From the NCBI GenBank assembly GCA_965213625.1, contig CBDBZU010000004.1:928001-992000 (forward strand): a stretch of DNA of 64,000 nt, given 5' to 3'. Under the pieces are notes generated by a model that was not told the origin of the DNA, ran no database searches, and was given only the letters and a program-made list of their open reading frames with translations. Within the stretch, counting starts at the first letter, position 1, and the number at the start of each line of letters is the position of its first letter. Position numbers and translations under genes: made by a program. Below, piece by piece: positions 40,122-50,283 of this stretch. This DNA is from a bacterium (GTDB lineage: Bacteria; UBA8248).

Positions 40122-40156
40122 GTGGGGAATTTTGACGATCTGAGGGGTGGTCTCTC

Positions 40157-40184
40157 GTAGGGACAGGTCGCGACCTGTCCCTAC
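40157..40184. repeat. Perfect 28-bp palindromic REP
   Basis: GTAGGGACAGGTCGCGACCTGTCCCTAC; identical copy at 44068-44095. Confidence 0.88.
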
Positions 40185-40224
40185 AGATCAGTTCCGGCCT
40201 AAAAGAAAGACTCCCCGACGATCC

Positions 40225-42144
40225 TCACGAAACAGTCGCTGAGGCCTCCTCCCGCGCATTTCCGCTATGTTTGCGGATGTAGACTTCCAGCACGGCGACG
40301 GCGGCGGGCGTTACGCCCGAGATGCGGCTCGCCTGTCCGAGCGTTTCGGGACGTATCTGCTCGAGACGCTGCCTGACTTCCGCCGTCAGGTGGCCCACAT
40401 CGGAATAGGAGATGCTCTCGGGTATCTTCACCCGGTCCGCCATCCTCAGGTGGTGAACCTGCTGGTATTCCCGCTCGAAATACTCCTTGTACTTCACCTC
40501 CGCCAGCACGTATCGCCGCGATTCGCGGTCAAGTGCCTCCCAAATCGCCTGAAAGCGACCTTTATCGATGGAATCGACCCGAATCGCCAGTTCCGGCCCC
40601 GCCTCGGGGCGTCTCAAAATATCCCCCAGGGTGGACGGCTTCTTGAGTGGCCGGGAACCGGCTACTTCCATCGCGCTTCGTACGTCCGGTTTGGGGTTCA
40701 CAGTCGTGCTTTCGAGATACGCGATGGCCTCTTTCGCCTGTTTCGACTTGTCTTCAAAGGCGCGCCAGGTGGCTTCATCTAGGGAACCGACCCTGTGGCC
40801 GAGCTGCATCAGCCGGAAATCCGCGTTGTCGTGGCGGAGCAGGAGCCTGTGCTCGGCTCGGCTGGTGAACATCCGGTAAGGCTCGGCCGTCCCCTTGGTG
40901 ATGAGATCGTCTATCAAAACGCCGATGTAGGCCTCTTCACGGCTCAATACGACAGGCTCCTTATCGCCCAGGTAGTGAACGGCGTTGATCCCCGCCATGA
41001 TCCCTTGGGCGGCGGCCTCCTCGTAGCCGGTCGTCCCGTTAATCTGGCCGGCGTGGAAGAGCCCCGGCATCTTTTTCGTCATCAGGCTCGGCCCGAGTTC
41101 GGTCGGCTCCACGTGGTCGTACTCGACGGCGTAGCCCGGACGCATCATCTCTGCTCGCTCTAAGCCTTTGATAGTTCTCAACATACGGGTTTGCACGTCC
41201 ACCGGCAGACTGGTGGAAAGCCCGTTCACGTAGATCTCGCATGTCTCGCGTCCTTCGGGCTCCAGGAAAATCTGGTGCTCCTGCTTGCCCTCGAAGCGCA
41301 TGATTTTATCCTCGATGCTCGGGCAATAACGCACGCCGATGGCGTCTATCTGGCCGTTGTACATGGGCGCGCGCTCGATGTTCTGGCGGATTACATCGTG
41401 CGTCGCCGGGTTCGTGTAGGTGATCCAGCACGGCATTTGCTCTTGTTCGATGGCCGCGGTGCGGTATGAGAACGGAAGCGGCGGGTCGTCGCCGGGCTGA
41501 ACGTCAAGTGATTGAAAATCAATGGATTTCGCGTCCAGGCGAGGCGGCGTTCCCGTCTTCATTCGGCCGATGGCGAAGCCGAACGAGACGAGTTGCTGCG
41601 TCAGTTCGTTCGCGGAACCCTCGCCCGCGCGCCCGCCCTCGACTTTCCTGTCGCCGTAGTGGAGAAGACCGCGCGTGAAGGTGCCCGGCGTCAGCACAAC
41701 GGCCTTGGCCTCCCAGGTTTCCCCGAAATGATCCTGAAGCCCCGCTATCGCTCCGTCCTTAACGAGAAGTCTCTGCACCATTCCCTGCTTGAGATCGAGG
41801 TTCTCCTGGCTTTCGACCGCATATTTCATGTACGCGCGGTAGCGCTGCTTGTCCGCCTGGGCGCGCAGGGCCTGTACGGCGGGGCCTTTTTTCGTGTTGA
41901 GCATCCGGAACTGGATGCCCGTGGTGTCGATGGCGCGGGCCATCTCGCCTCCCAGGGCGTCCACTTCGCGCACCAATACGCCCTTCGCCAGCCCGCCGAT
42001 GGCCGGATTGCACGACATCAAGCCCACTGTGTCCAGGTTCATCGTGAGCATCATGGCGCGCGCGCCCATCCGCGCGGCGGCGAGGGCCGCCTCGCACCCG
42101 GCGTGCCCGCCGCCCACGACGATGACGTCATACTTGACTTTCAA
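40225..42144 (-). CDS. mnmG: tRNA uridine-5-carboxymethylaminomethyl modification enzyme MnmG (GidA)
   Basis: [52 protein letters not shown]. Confidence 0.98.
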   Translation of the reverse strand: MKVKYDVIVVGGGHAGCEAALAAARMGARAMMLTMNLDTVGLMSCNPAIGGLAKGVLVREVDALGGEMARAIDTTGIQFRMLNTKKGPAVQALRAQADKQRYRAYMKYAVESQENLDLKQGMVQRLLVKDGAIAGLQDHFGETWEAKAVVLTPGTFTRGLLHYGDRKVEGGRAGEGSANELTQQLVSFGFAIGRMKTGTPPRLDAKSIDFQSLDVQPGDDPPLPFSYRTAAIEQEQMPCWITYTNPATHDVIRQNIERAPMYNGQIDAIGVRYCPSIEDKIMRFEGKQEHQIFLEPEGRETCEIYVNGLSTSLPVDVQTRMLRTIKGLERAEMMRPGYAVEYDHVEPTELGPSLMTKKMPGLFHAGQINGTTGYEEAAAQGIMAGINAVHYLGDKEPVVLSREEAYIGVLIDDLITKGTAEPYRMFTSRAEHRLLLRHDNADFRLMQLGHRVGSLDEATWRAFEDKSKQAKEAIAYLESTTVNPKPDVRSAMEVAGSRPLKKPSTLGDILRRPEAGPELAIRVDSIDKGRFQAIWEALDRESRRYVLAEVKYKEYFEREYQQVHHLRMADRVKIPESISYSDVGHLTAEVRQRLEQIRPETLGQASRISGVTPAAVAVLEVYIRKHSGNAREEASATVS

Positions 42145-42234
42145 TTCAAAACCTCCAAATAATCATAAAATCACGCATAAACAACTATAATTTATCTAAA
42201 TATATTGTCTTTCTGCTCTGTCTTTATATTATTT

Positions 42235-43659
42235 TCATTTTCCGATGCAAAAAGTGGAAAATATCTTATCCAGCAAAGCCTGTCCATAGTCTCTTCCCAG
42301 GAGTTCTGCGAGCGCGGTTTGCGCCTCGTTCAGGTGAACCGCCACTAGTTCGGGGGAAAGCTCGCCCTCGGCGCCCGTCCGAGCGTTTCTAACCGCTTCC
42401 AGGCATTTCGCAATCTGGCCGTGGTGCCGCTCCCGCGTGAGAACGGATTCCGCGCCTGATAGACGATCCTCATCCATCAAAACATGCGCCACTTCCTCGC
42501 GCAACTCAGGGATTCCCTCACCCGTAAGCGCCGAGATGAAGAGCGACTCTCGCACATCCAGCGCGTGCTCACTCAAAATCGTGCGGGCGCGCGATTGCGC
42601 TTGAGGCGAGGCCTTATCCATCTTATTGAAAACAAATAAGTTTTTGCAACCTGGCATGCTCGCCTCCGCCGCCGCCCACCTGATTTCTTCATAACCCTCC
42701 GTCAGGTCCATCACCATCAGGCTCAAGTCCGCTTCTTCCGCCGCCTTGCGTGCGCGTTCGGTGCCTTCCAGCTCCACCGGGTCGCCCGTGTCGCGCAGGC
42801 CCGCCGTGTCGATGAGCCGCACCGGCGCGCCTCCAAAATCGCAGACTTCTTCCACGGTGTCGCGCGTGGTGCCCGGAATCTCGCTGGTAATGGCGCGATC
42901 CGCCCCCAAAAACACGTTCAGAAGGGTGGATTTCCCCGCGTTGGGCCTGCCGAGTATGGCCACGCGCGCGCCTTCCCTCAGTATCCTGCCAGAGCGGTAG
43001 CTCTCGATGAGCCGCGCGAGCGTTTCTTCTATCTCCGCGAAAAGCTCGGCCAGTTCTGCGCTTCCCATCGGAGCGCCCGAAACCGAAGGCCCAGCACCCG
43101 GCTCGAATTCGTCCGGGAAATCGATTGCCGCCTCGATGTGCGCGCCCGCCTCCACAATTTTCTCCCACACGCCTTCCAGCGCCTTTGAGAGGCGTCCTTC
43201 GAGGTGGTGGAGCGCGGCGCGCGCCGCCTTTTCGGTCTGGGCCGTGACGAGGTCGGCCACTGCTTCGGCCTGCAGGAGGTCGATCTTCCCCTCGAGGAAG
43301 GCGCGCCGGGTGAACTCGCCCTCTACCGCCGGCCTGGCGCCCATCTCACGTGCAAGACGCAGAATCGCACCTACGATGGCCGGGCCGCCGTGGCAGTGCA
43401 TCTCGACCACGTCCTCGCCGGTTACGGAATTCGGCGCCTGATGATAGAGCGCAAGTCCCTCATCGAATGCGTGGCCGTTATCCACAAAGCGCCCCAGCAC
43501 GGGTCGTCCTCTGGGAAAGGCGCTTCTTTCCTTGTTGGGCTGAAAAATACCCGTCAGGATGGAGAGCGACTTCGCGCCGCTCAGGCGGACGACCGCGATG
43601 GCCCCGCGCCCCGGCGCCGTCGAGAGCGCGAAGATGGTCTCTCTCTTGAAATCGCTCAT
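42235..43659 (-). CDS. mnmE: tRNA modification GTPase MnmE (TrmE)
   Basis: GEFTRRAF, GRPNAGKST, GTTRD, DTAG, NKMD, FCIGK. Confidence 0.98.
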   Translation of the reverse strand: MSDFKRETIFALSTAPGRGAIAVVRLSGAKSLSILTGIFQPNKERSAFPRGRPVLGRFVDNGHAFDEGLALYHQAPNSVTGEDVVEMHCHGGPAIVGAILRLAREMGARPAVEGEFTRRAFLEGKIDLLQAEAVADLVTAQTEKAARAALHHLEGRLSKALEGVWEKIVEAGAHIEAAIDFPDEFEPGAGPSVSGAPMGSAELAELFAEIEETLARLIESYRSGRILREGARVAILGRPNAGKSTLLNVFLGADRAITSEIPGTTRDTVEEVCDFGGAPVRLIDTAGLRDTGDPVELEGTERARKAAEEADLSLMVMDLTEGYEEIRWAAAEASMPGCKNLFVFNKMDKASPQAQSRARTILSEHALDVRESLFISALTGEGIPELREEVAHVLMDEDRLSGAESVLTRERHHGQIAKCLEAVRNARTGAEGELSPELVAVHLNEAQTALAELLGRDYGQALLDKIFSTFCIGK

Positions 43660-43870
43660 CCGCTCTGCTTCTCCATCGCTGGTGGTTGCGCGCTCCCTTG
43701 AGCCGCGTTCGTCCGTAATGAAGCGGATTTACGGCTTTATTGCAAGGGCGGGCGGAAAGAGGCGTCTGGTGATCCGATCCGTCAATCAGGGATATGCCGT
43801 AGGGACTGGACCTAAGCGTCCGCCCGATCTGTTGCCGCTCGTCTCCGCACGAGGGATCACGCAGCCGTAG

Positions 43871-44065
43871 GGGGTTGTTGAATAAGTCCTCTCCGCCTCA
43901 TCCTGAGTAGCGGCGAAGCCGCGTATCGAAGGATGCCCTCTCGCCCGGCGCGAGACGTTCGTCTCCCCTCGCCCTTCGATACGCCGCCTTCGGCGGCTAC
44001 TCAGGGTGAGGAAAGAGGCGTTGGCGGTTTGCGGGGGTCGCAGACGGGGGTTTTTCAACAGCCCC
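43871..44065. mobile_element. MITE with IS1182-like IRs and a 6-bp target duplication
   Basis: GGGGTTGTTGAATAA ... TTTTTCAACAGCCCC flanked by CCGTAG on both sides; internal long inverted repeat. Confidence 0.8.
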
Positions 44066-44261
44066 CCGTAGGGACAGGTCGCGACCTGTCCCTACAAAAC
44101 CGGTAACACAACTGAGGATGAGCGAAACGGAATCTGGGCGGAAAAAAACTGCCTCGGTTCTGGATTCCGGCATTCGCCAGTATGACGAGAAAAAACCAAT
44201 CAGGGAAATTGCGTATCGATTACGAGTATCTTGTATGCGCTGCTTGGTTGTGTGCCCGTCC

Positions 44262-45290
44262 CTACTTTTTCACTCCATGGTCCGCCAGTCCGCGCAGGAG
44301 GGTTTCGCGTGAGACGGCGCCGACGACGGCGCCGGCGGTGTCCACCACCCGCAACGGCGCAGCGCTATCGATGCACTTGGGAAGCATGTCCTGAAGCACG
44401 GTGTCGCGCGATACGACCGGACCGGTGGTCTCGCTGCACGGAGGCGTCATGATGGAGGCCGCCGTCACCACGCGGCCCCGCTTCACGTCGCGCACGAACT
44501 CGCGCACGTATTCGGTGGCCGGGTTGAGCAGAATCTCCTCCGGCCCGCCTATCTGGTCGATCACGCCGTCCTTCAAGATGGCGACGTCATCGCCCAGCTT
44601 GAGCGCCTCGTCCAGATCATGGGTGATGAACACGATGGTCTTCTTGAGGTCGCGCTGGAGCGCGATGAGGTGTTCCTGCATCTGCTTGCGGATGAGCGGG
44701 TCCAGAGCGCTGAAGGGCTCGTCCATAAGGAGAATCTCGGGGTCCGTGCACAGCGCGCGCGACAACCCCACCCGCTGTTGCATGCCGCCCGAGAGCTGGG
44801 CCGGATAGGCGTTCTCGTATCCGATGAGACCCACGTCCTCTATCCACCGCATCGCGCGCCGACGCCGCTCGGCAGGTTCCACCCCCTGGACTTCCAGGCC
44901 GTAGCCCACGTTCTCGATGACCGTCATGTGCGGAAAGAGCGCGAAACGCTGAAAGACCATGCTCACGGCGCCCCGGCGGAACGCGAGCAACTCCTCGGTC
45001 GAGAACTCGAGAACGTCCCGCCCGTCGACGAGTATCTGGCCCGTCGTCGGGTCGATCAGCCGGTTGATGTGGCGGATCAAAGTCGATTTTCCTGAACCCG
45101 AAAGGCCCATGACCACGAATATCTCGCCGCGCTCGACGGAGAGGCTCACGTCCTTTAAGCCCAGCGTGCAGCCGGTCTCGACCAGCACGTCGTTCTTCTC
45201 GACTCCCGATTGGGCCAGGTCGAGCGCCGTGTCCAGCGCGCGTCCCGTTCCGAATATCTTGTAGACGTTACGCACCTCGATCAGCGCCAT
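44262..45290 (-). CDS. proV: Glycine betaine/proline ABC transporter ATPase
   Basis: MGLSGSGKST, LSGGMQQRVGL, MDEPFSALDPLIR. Confidence 0.93.
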   Translation of the reverse strand: MALIEVRNVYKIFGTGRALDTALDLAQSGVEKNDVLVETGCTLGLKDVSLSVERGEIFVVMGLSGSGKSTLIRHINRLIDPTTGQILVDGRDVLEFSTEELLAFRRGAVSMVFQRFALFPHMTVIENVGYGLEVQGVEPAERRRRAMRWIEDVGLIGYENAYPAQLSGGMQQRVGLSRALCTDPEILLMDEPFSALDPLIRKQMQEHLIALQRDLKKTIVFITHDLDEALKLGDDVAILKDGVIDQIGGPEEILLNPATEYVREFVRDVKRGRVVTAASIMTPPCSETTGPVVSRDTVLQDMLPKCIDSAAPLRVVDTAGAVVGAVSRETLLRGLADHGVKK

Positions 45291-45294
45291 CGGC

Positions 45295-46203
45295 TCAGCC
45301 CCTCACGTCCATGCGGATGAAGCGCCCGCCGTAAGCCTGGGTGACGCGGTCCATGACGATGGCGAGCAGCACAATGGCCACGCCGGCTTCGAGCGCGCGG
45401 CCGACGTTGAGCTGCTGGAGGCCGATGAGCACCTCGGTGCCGAGCCCCCGCGTTCCGATCATCGAGGCGATCACCACCATCGCGAGCGCCATCATCGTGG
45501 TCTGGTTGACCCCCTGCATAATGTTGGGCAGGGCCATCGGTATCTGCACGCGAAGGAGCTTCTGCCTCTTGCTCGCGCCCATGGCGTCGGAAGCTTCGAC
45601 GATGTCCTCATCCACCAGGCGGATGCCCAAGTCGGTCAGGCGTATCACCGGCGGGATGGCGTAGATAACCGTGGCGAAGACGGCGGGTACCGCGCCCAGG
45701 CCGAAGAGCATGATCGCCGGAATGAGATAGACGAAGCTCGGCATGGTCTGCATCAGGTCGAGTGCGGGCAGCACCATGTCGCGCATCCGGTCGTTTCTCG
45801 ATATCGCGATACCGACCGGAACGCCCACTCCGATGCAGATGAGGGTAGAAACCAGCATCACCGAAAGGGTCATCATCGACAAATCCCAGAGCCTGGGATC
45901 GGTGAGACCGATGAAGAACATACAGGCGGCCACGAGCGCGGTCAGGCCCCATTTGCGCCCGCTGGAATAGAATGTGACCGCTCCCACGCCGAGGAATACG
46001 ACAACCCACGGGAGGTCGCGCAGGAAGCGCTCCAGGCCCACCAGCACCACGAGTATGGCGTCCGAGGCGGTCTCGAAGATGACCCCGTACTCGGTGACCA
46101 GCCACTCCACGAAATCGTTGGTCCATCTGTTGAGCGGCAGGTTGAGATTCTTTGGCCACTCGACCGCCCACCCGGGGAACAGTCCGCGGATAAAATTCAT
46201 CAT
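45295..46203 (-). CDS. proW: Glycine betaine/proline ABC transporter permease
   Basis: LDLMQTMPSFVYLIP, GVNQTTMMALAMVVIASMIG. Confidence 0.93.
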   Translation of the reverse strand: MMNFIRGLFPGWAVEWPKNLNLPLNRWTNDFVEWLVTEYGVIFETASDAILVVLVGLERFLRDLPWVVVFLGVGAVTFYSSGRKWGLTALVAACMFFIGLTDPRLWDLSMMTLSVMLVSTLICIGVGVPVGIAISRNDRMRDMVLPALDLMQTMPSFVYLIPAIMLFGLGAVPAVFATVIYAIPPVIRLTDLGIRLVDEDIVEASDAMGASKRQKLLRVQIPMALPNIMQGVNQTTMMALAMVVIASMIGTRGLGTEVLIGLQQLNVGRALEAGVAIVLLAIVMDRVTQAYGGRFIRMDVRG

Positions 46204-46264
46204 GGGCGGACCTCCCCGGGACTTAACGCTGCTTCACGAGTGAAAAGCATCGCGCGGGCGCGGC

Positions 46265-47302
46265 TTACGTAGATTTGAGCGCCTCCTCGACCTTTTTCGC
46301 CACGTCGGCCGGAACCCATTTCTTCCAGACCTTATTGGTCTTCAGGAAATGGATTGCGGTGGTTTTGGCGTCGCCGCCGGCTTTGGTCTCGAGATAGGCC
46401 AGCATCCTTGAGACCTCTTTGGATGGAAGCGTGTATTTCTCGATGAAGGCGACGATCTCAGGGTGCTTGGCCGCGAACTTTGTCGTGACCGATTTCGGCA
46501 ACTCCGCCGTCCGGTAGGCTGTCGCCTTCTTCGGATTACCCAAGGCCTCCATTCCGCCCTTCTTGAGCGCGTCCATGTGCTTCACCACATCGTTCCAGTC
46601 GGCCTCGTTCCATTTGGGCTCTTCGAGCTGGACGAGATCAAGTTGTCCCAGGAGCGGCGTCGGCGCCCAGTAATAGGCGAGCACGGGCTTTTTCTTGAGA
46701 TACGCGCCCTTGATGGCCGCCGCGAGCGCGCCGCCCGAACCGGGCCGGAAATTGGTGAAGTGTTTTTCCAGCCCGTAGGCGCGCAACTTCACCGTGTTGA
46801 TGACCTCGCAGGACCAGCCGGGTATGCAGTTCACGAACCGGCCTTTCGAGGGTTCTTCGGGATCCTTGAAGAGGTGCTTGTATTTGGGCAGGTCGAAGAC
46901 CGATTTGAGGCCGGGATTCGCTTCCTGGACGAAGCGCGGGATGAACCAGCCCTGTATGCTGTCGGGCGTGTTGACCCCCACTTGTTTGACCTTGCCGCTC
47001 TTCATGGCGGGGTCGTACTGCGCCTTCACGTTGTCGTACCAAAGCTCCATGACAATGTCGTTCTTGCCCTCGTAGTGGGCCGTCATGATCGGCAGCGTGC
47101 CGCCGTAGATGAGCCGCACCCGGCAGCCGTAGCCGTGCTCCAGGATGAACGCGGTCACCTGATCGTGAAAGTTGGCGCTGTCCCAGTTCAGGTCGCCGAT
47201 GCGGACCCTGCAGGCGGCGTCCGCCCGGCTGGGAATGGATACGAGCGCCGCCGTCCCGATGGCGATGGTCAGAATGAAGATAAGAGCTGTTCTTGATTTC
47301 AT
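46265..47302 (-). CDS. proX: Glycine betaine ABC transporter substrate-binding protein
   Basis: Signal peptide; LNWDS, FKDPEEPSKGRFVNC.PGW.C, YYWAPT. Confidence 0.88.
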   Translation of the reverse strand: MKSRTALIFILTIAIGTAALVSIPSRADAACRVRIGDLNWDSANFHDQVTAFILEHGYGCRVRLIYGGTLPIMTAHYEGKNDIVMELWYDNVKAQYDPAMKSGKVKQVGVNTPDSIQGWFIPRFVQEANPGLKSVFDLPKYKHLFKDPEEPSKGRFVNCIPGWSCEVINTVKLRAYGLEKHFTNFRPGSGGALAAAIKGAYLKKKPVLAYYWAPTPLLGQLDLVQLEEPKWNEADWNDVVKHMDALKKGGMEALGNPKKATAYRTAELPKSVTTKFAAKHPEIVAFIEKYTLPSKEVSRMLAYLETKAGGDAKTTAIHFLKTNKVWKKWVPADVAKKVEEALKST

Positions 47303-47629
47303 GGTTGGCCCCCTGTTCTCGTTATGCGTTCGGTCGATTCGAAGAAAGTTTCGGGGCCTCCTCGCAAGAGAAAGTCCAACCCCTCTCCCAGGGCCCCCTG
47401 TGAGATTGTATGAAGATTGATTATTCGGCGGCTTCGCACCGCCGGGTCTTGTTTTTAAACTTTCATAGTTTAATGAGGGCGGTGTGAAAACGCAAACAAC
47501 ACCCTTTCCGGTTCGGTTGCAAGCCACCGCGCGGCTCCGCAACTCCTCGTCCGGAAACTTCTCGCACCGAAATTATCGATCATGCTAACATCGCTCCAGT
47601 ATCGATATCCAGAAAAAAGTGAGGCGCTC

Positions 47630-48697
47630 ATGCCCGAGTCCAGATACGACCCGCATCGCGGCGAATGGACGCTCATCGCACCCGACAGGCGCGCGCGGCC
47701 CCATCCCGCCCATTACGCGAACGCCACGCCCGTAAAAGAGGACCCGGCTTGTCCTTTCTGCCCGGGCAACGAGCGCATGACGCCGCCCGAGATCGCGGCC
47801 ATTAGAGACGAGAGCGTGGAGAACGCGCCTGGTTGGAGCGCGCGCTGCGTGGCGAACAAATATCCCGCGGTGGGAAGCGGGGAACTCAAACGTGAAGAAG
47901 ATGACGTCTTCACCTCCCTTAAGGGTGGAGGACGCCACGAAGTGCTCATCGATTCTCCCCATCACACGAAGAGCCTCGCCGATCTGGGCGAAGCGCATGC
48001 GGGCGCCGTCCTCGGTCTGCTGCAAGAGAGGGCGCGAGAGCTCGCCGGAGCCCCCGGCGTTCGCTTCGTCTACGCCTTCAAGAATCATGGCGCGCAGGCG
48101 GGCGCATCCATCCTCCATTCGCACTTCCAGATACTCGGCCTCCCGATCCGCACCGGAACCGACGAGAAGAAACTCGAACAAGAGGCGGTCTTTTACGAGA
48201 AACGAAATGCCGCGCTTCTGGATCGCGTAATCGCGGCGGAGCGTGGGCGGGAAGAAAGGATCGTTGAATCGGGAGAAGAGGGCGCCGTCGTCTTCTGCCC
48301 GTGGGCGTCGCGTTTTCCCTATCTCGCCTGCATCGCCCCGTGGCCGACGGAAGCCTCGTTCGCCGGGAGCGCACCCGAAACGATCGCCGCGGTGGGCGCA
48401 GCGCTTGCGCGCACCTTAAAACGATATAAGGCGCTTCTCCACGACCCGCCCGTCAATCTTTCTATTTTGTTGGCGATGAATGACGTGGCGGAAACCCCCG
48501 AGGCGCATCGCTGGCATATCGAGCTTTTCCCGCGCCTCACGCCTCTGGCCGGCCTGGAGACGGGTCTGGGCGCGCACATCAACGAGGTGGCTCCCGAGCG
48601 CGCCGCCGATGAATTAAGAAATACCGCTCCCGGGGAGCTTGCCCCATCGTCTTCCACATCTTTTCCCTGTCTTCAAAGAGGACCCGGCCATGAATAA
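47630..48697 (+). CDS. galT: Galactose-1-phosphate uridylyltransferase family protein
   Basis: CPFCPGNE, NKYPA, FKNHG..AGASILHSHFQ, WHIE. Confidence 0.88.
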   Translation: MPESRYDPHRGEWTLIAPDRRARPHPAHYANATPVKEDPACPFCPGNERMTPPEIAAIRDESVENAPGWSARCVANKYPAVGSGELKREEDDVFTSLKGGGRHEVLIDSPHHTKSLADLGEAHAGAVLGLLQERARELAGAPGVRFVYAFKNHGAQAGASILHSHFQILGLPIRTGTDEKKLEQEAVFYEKRNAALLDRVIAAERGREERIVESGEEGAVVFCPWASRFPYLACIAPWPTEASFAGSAPETIAAVGAALARTLKRYKALLHDPPVNLSILLAMNDVAETPEAHRWHIELFPRLTPLAGLETGLGAHINEVAPERAADELRNTAPGELAPSSSTSFPCLQRGPGHE

Positions 48698-49745
48698 GAA
48701 GAAACCACAGAAAACCGTCTCTTTTCTCACGGGCGGGGATATCGCGCCCGACAGGGATTCGGCCAAGGGAATGTTCGGCCGCCTGGGGAACCTGTACCGC
48801 GACGCAGATTTTTCTTTCGCGAACCTCGAGAACGCGCTCTCGACGCGAGGAGAACTTATGAAAGGAAAGGCGACAAAGCATCGGGGACACCCCTCGCTCG
48901 TAGCGGGACTCGTGGATGCCGGCTTCGACGCGTTGGGAATCGCGAACAACCATCTGCTCGATTTCGGGGTTTCCTCACTCGAGGAAACCATGGTGACGCT
49001 GCGCCGCGCGAGGATCCCTTTCACGGGAGCGGGGATGGACCTGGAAGAAGCGAAAGCCCCCGTTGTGCTCGAACGCGGCGGGTTGAGAGTTGGCCTGCTC
49101 GCCTACTCATCCGTGTTGCCACAAGGCCACGCGGCCGGCCCGGAAGAGGCGGGTGTAAACCCACTGCGCGTCAGAACGTCCTACACGCCGCTCAGAAATC
49201 TGGATGAATACCCGGCTTCAGAACCCGTCATCCACTCATGGGCGGAGGCGGAAGACCTTTCTCGAATGAAGAAGGACATCCGATCCCTCAAGCGGCGGGC
49301 CGACCTCGTCTTCGTCTACCACCACTGGGGAGCAAGCATGCGCCACGAGGTGCACGAGCACCAAAGGGAGATCGGCCAAGCGGCGATCGACACGGGCGCC
49401 TGCGCCGTCTTCGGTGGACACCAGCACGTGCTCTCGGCGATCGAGTTCTACAAGGGACGGCCCATCGTCCATTGCACCGGGAATCTGATTTTCGATGAAA
49501 TCGAGCCTTTCTTCACGGAGGCGACGCTTCAAACATTCCTGCTGGGCGGGCGGATGGACAAGCAAGGGCTGAGCGATCTATACCTCATCCCCTGCCGCTG
49601 CGGCGTGGGCGGCGCGCCCAGGCCCCTTTCGCCGAAGCGCGGTGAGGGCCGCGCAATCGTGGATATGATGCAGAAATTCTCCGCCCCTTACGGGACGGAA
49701 ATTGCCGTCAGGGACGGGGAGGTGGCCGTCTCTCCGCTTGCGTAA
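48690..49745 (+). CDS. CapA family (PGA synthesis / metallophosphatase-like) protein
   Basis: GGD, ANLE, ANNHLLDFG, HHWG, GGHQHV, GNLIFD. Confidence 0.9.
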   Translation: MNKKKPQKTVSFLTGGDIAPDRDSAKGMFGRLGNLYRDADFSFANLENALSTRGELMKGKATKHRGHPSLVAGLVDAGFDALGIANNHLLDFGVSSLEETMVTLRRARIPFTGAGMDLEEAKAPVVLERGGLRVGLLAYSSVLPQGHAAGPEEAGVNPLRVRTSYTPLRNLDEYPASEPVIHSWAEAEDLSRMKKDIRSLKRRADLVFVYHHWGASMRHEVHEHQREIGQAAIDTGACAVFGGHQHVLSAIEFYKGRPIVHCTGNLIFDEIEPFFTEATLQTFLLGGRMDKQGLSDLYLIPCRCGVGGAPRPLSPKRGEGRAIVDMMQKFSAPYGTEIAVRDGEVAVSPLA

Positions 49746-49752
49746 GAACGCA

Positions 49753-49776
49753 AAAGGCCCGCCGTAGCGGGCCCTT
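49753..49776. terminator. Hairpin terminator between convergent genes
   Basis: GGCCCGC-CGTA-GCGGGCC. Confidence 0.55.
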
Positions 49777-49797
49777 CCTCGCCGGAGTCGCTCGCTG

Positions 49798-50196
49798 CTA
49801 GAGCGCGCGCTCCATGAGGCTCCGGATGCTCGCCATGTCCACGTCGCCCGTCGAGCGGCCCTTCTCCTGCGCGCCCTTGAAGGCGATGATGGTCGACTGA
49901 AAGCGAACGCCGAGCGCCTTCGCAGAATCACGCTGGGTGTCGTAGTCCACCACGTATGTGGCGGCGTTTGCGAATTTCTTCTCTTTAATCAGGGACTGAA
50001 GCAGCGGCACCTGCTGCCTGCACGTCCCTCACCAGTCGGCATGGACAACCACGAAAATCGTCTTTCCGTCCTTTTGGGCCTGGGTGAACGCCTTGGCGTC
50101 ATAGGGCTTCCACCCATCGAGGGCGAGAGCGGCCTGCGGTAAAACCAGAATTGCGGCGAGCAAGACCAAACCAATCACAAGCAGGGAACGTCGCAT
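49798..50196 (-). CDS. Exported thioredoxin-like selenoprotein (WUGTC, in-frame UGA)
   Basis: RBS GAGGAGG, ATG 50196, signal peptide, VHADW-TGA(50029-50031)-GTC continuing in frame into ORF 49798-50010; SECIS-like hairpin directly after the UGA. Confidence 0.88.
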
Positions 50197-50283
50197 TTGC
50201 GTGCCTCCTCTGGTGTCTAGACGGCTATTAAACCTCGTGACTCGATAATACCACGAATTCGCACATTACTCTTTCATAGCCCG

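Noticed and set aside
32658-44095. 28-47 bp palindromic repeats as a CRISPR array
   Set aside because: Dispersed, not regularly spaced, no cas genes; they fit GTAG REPs
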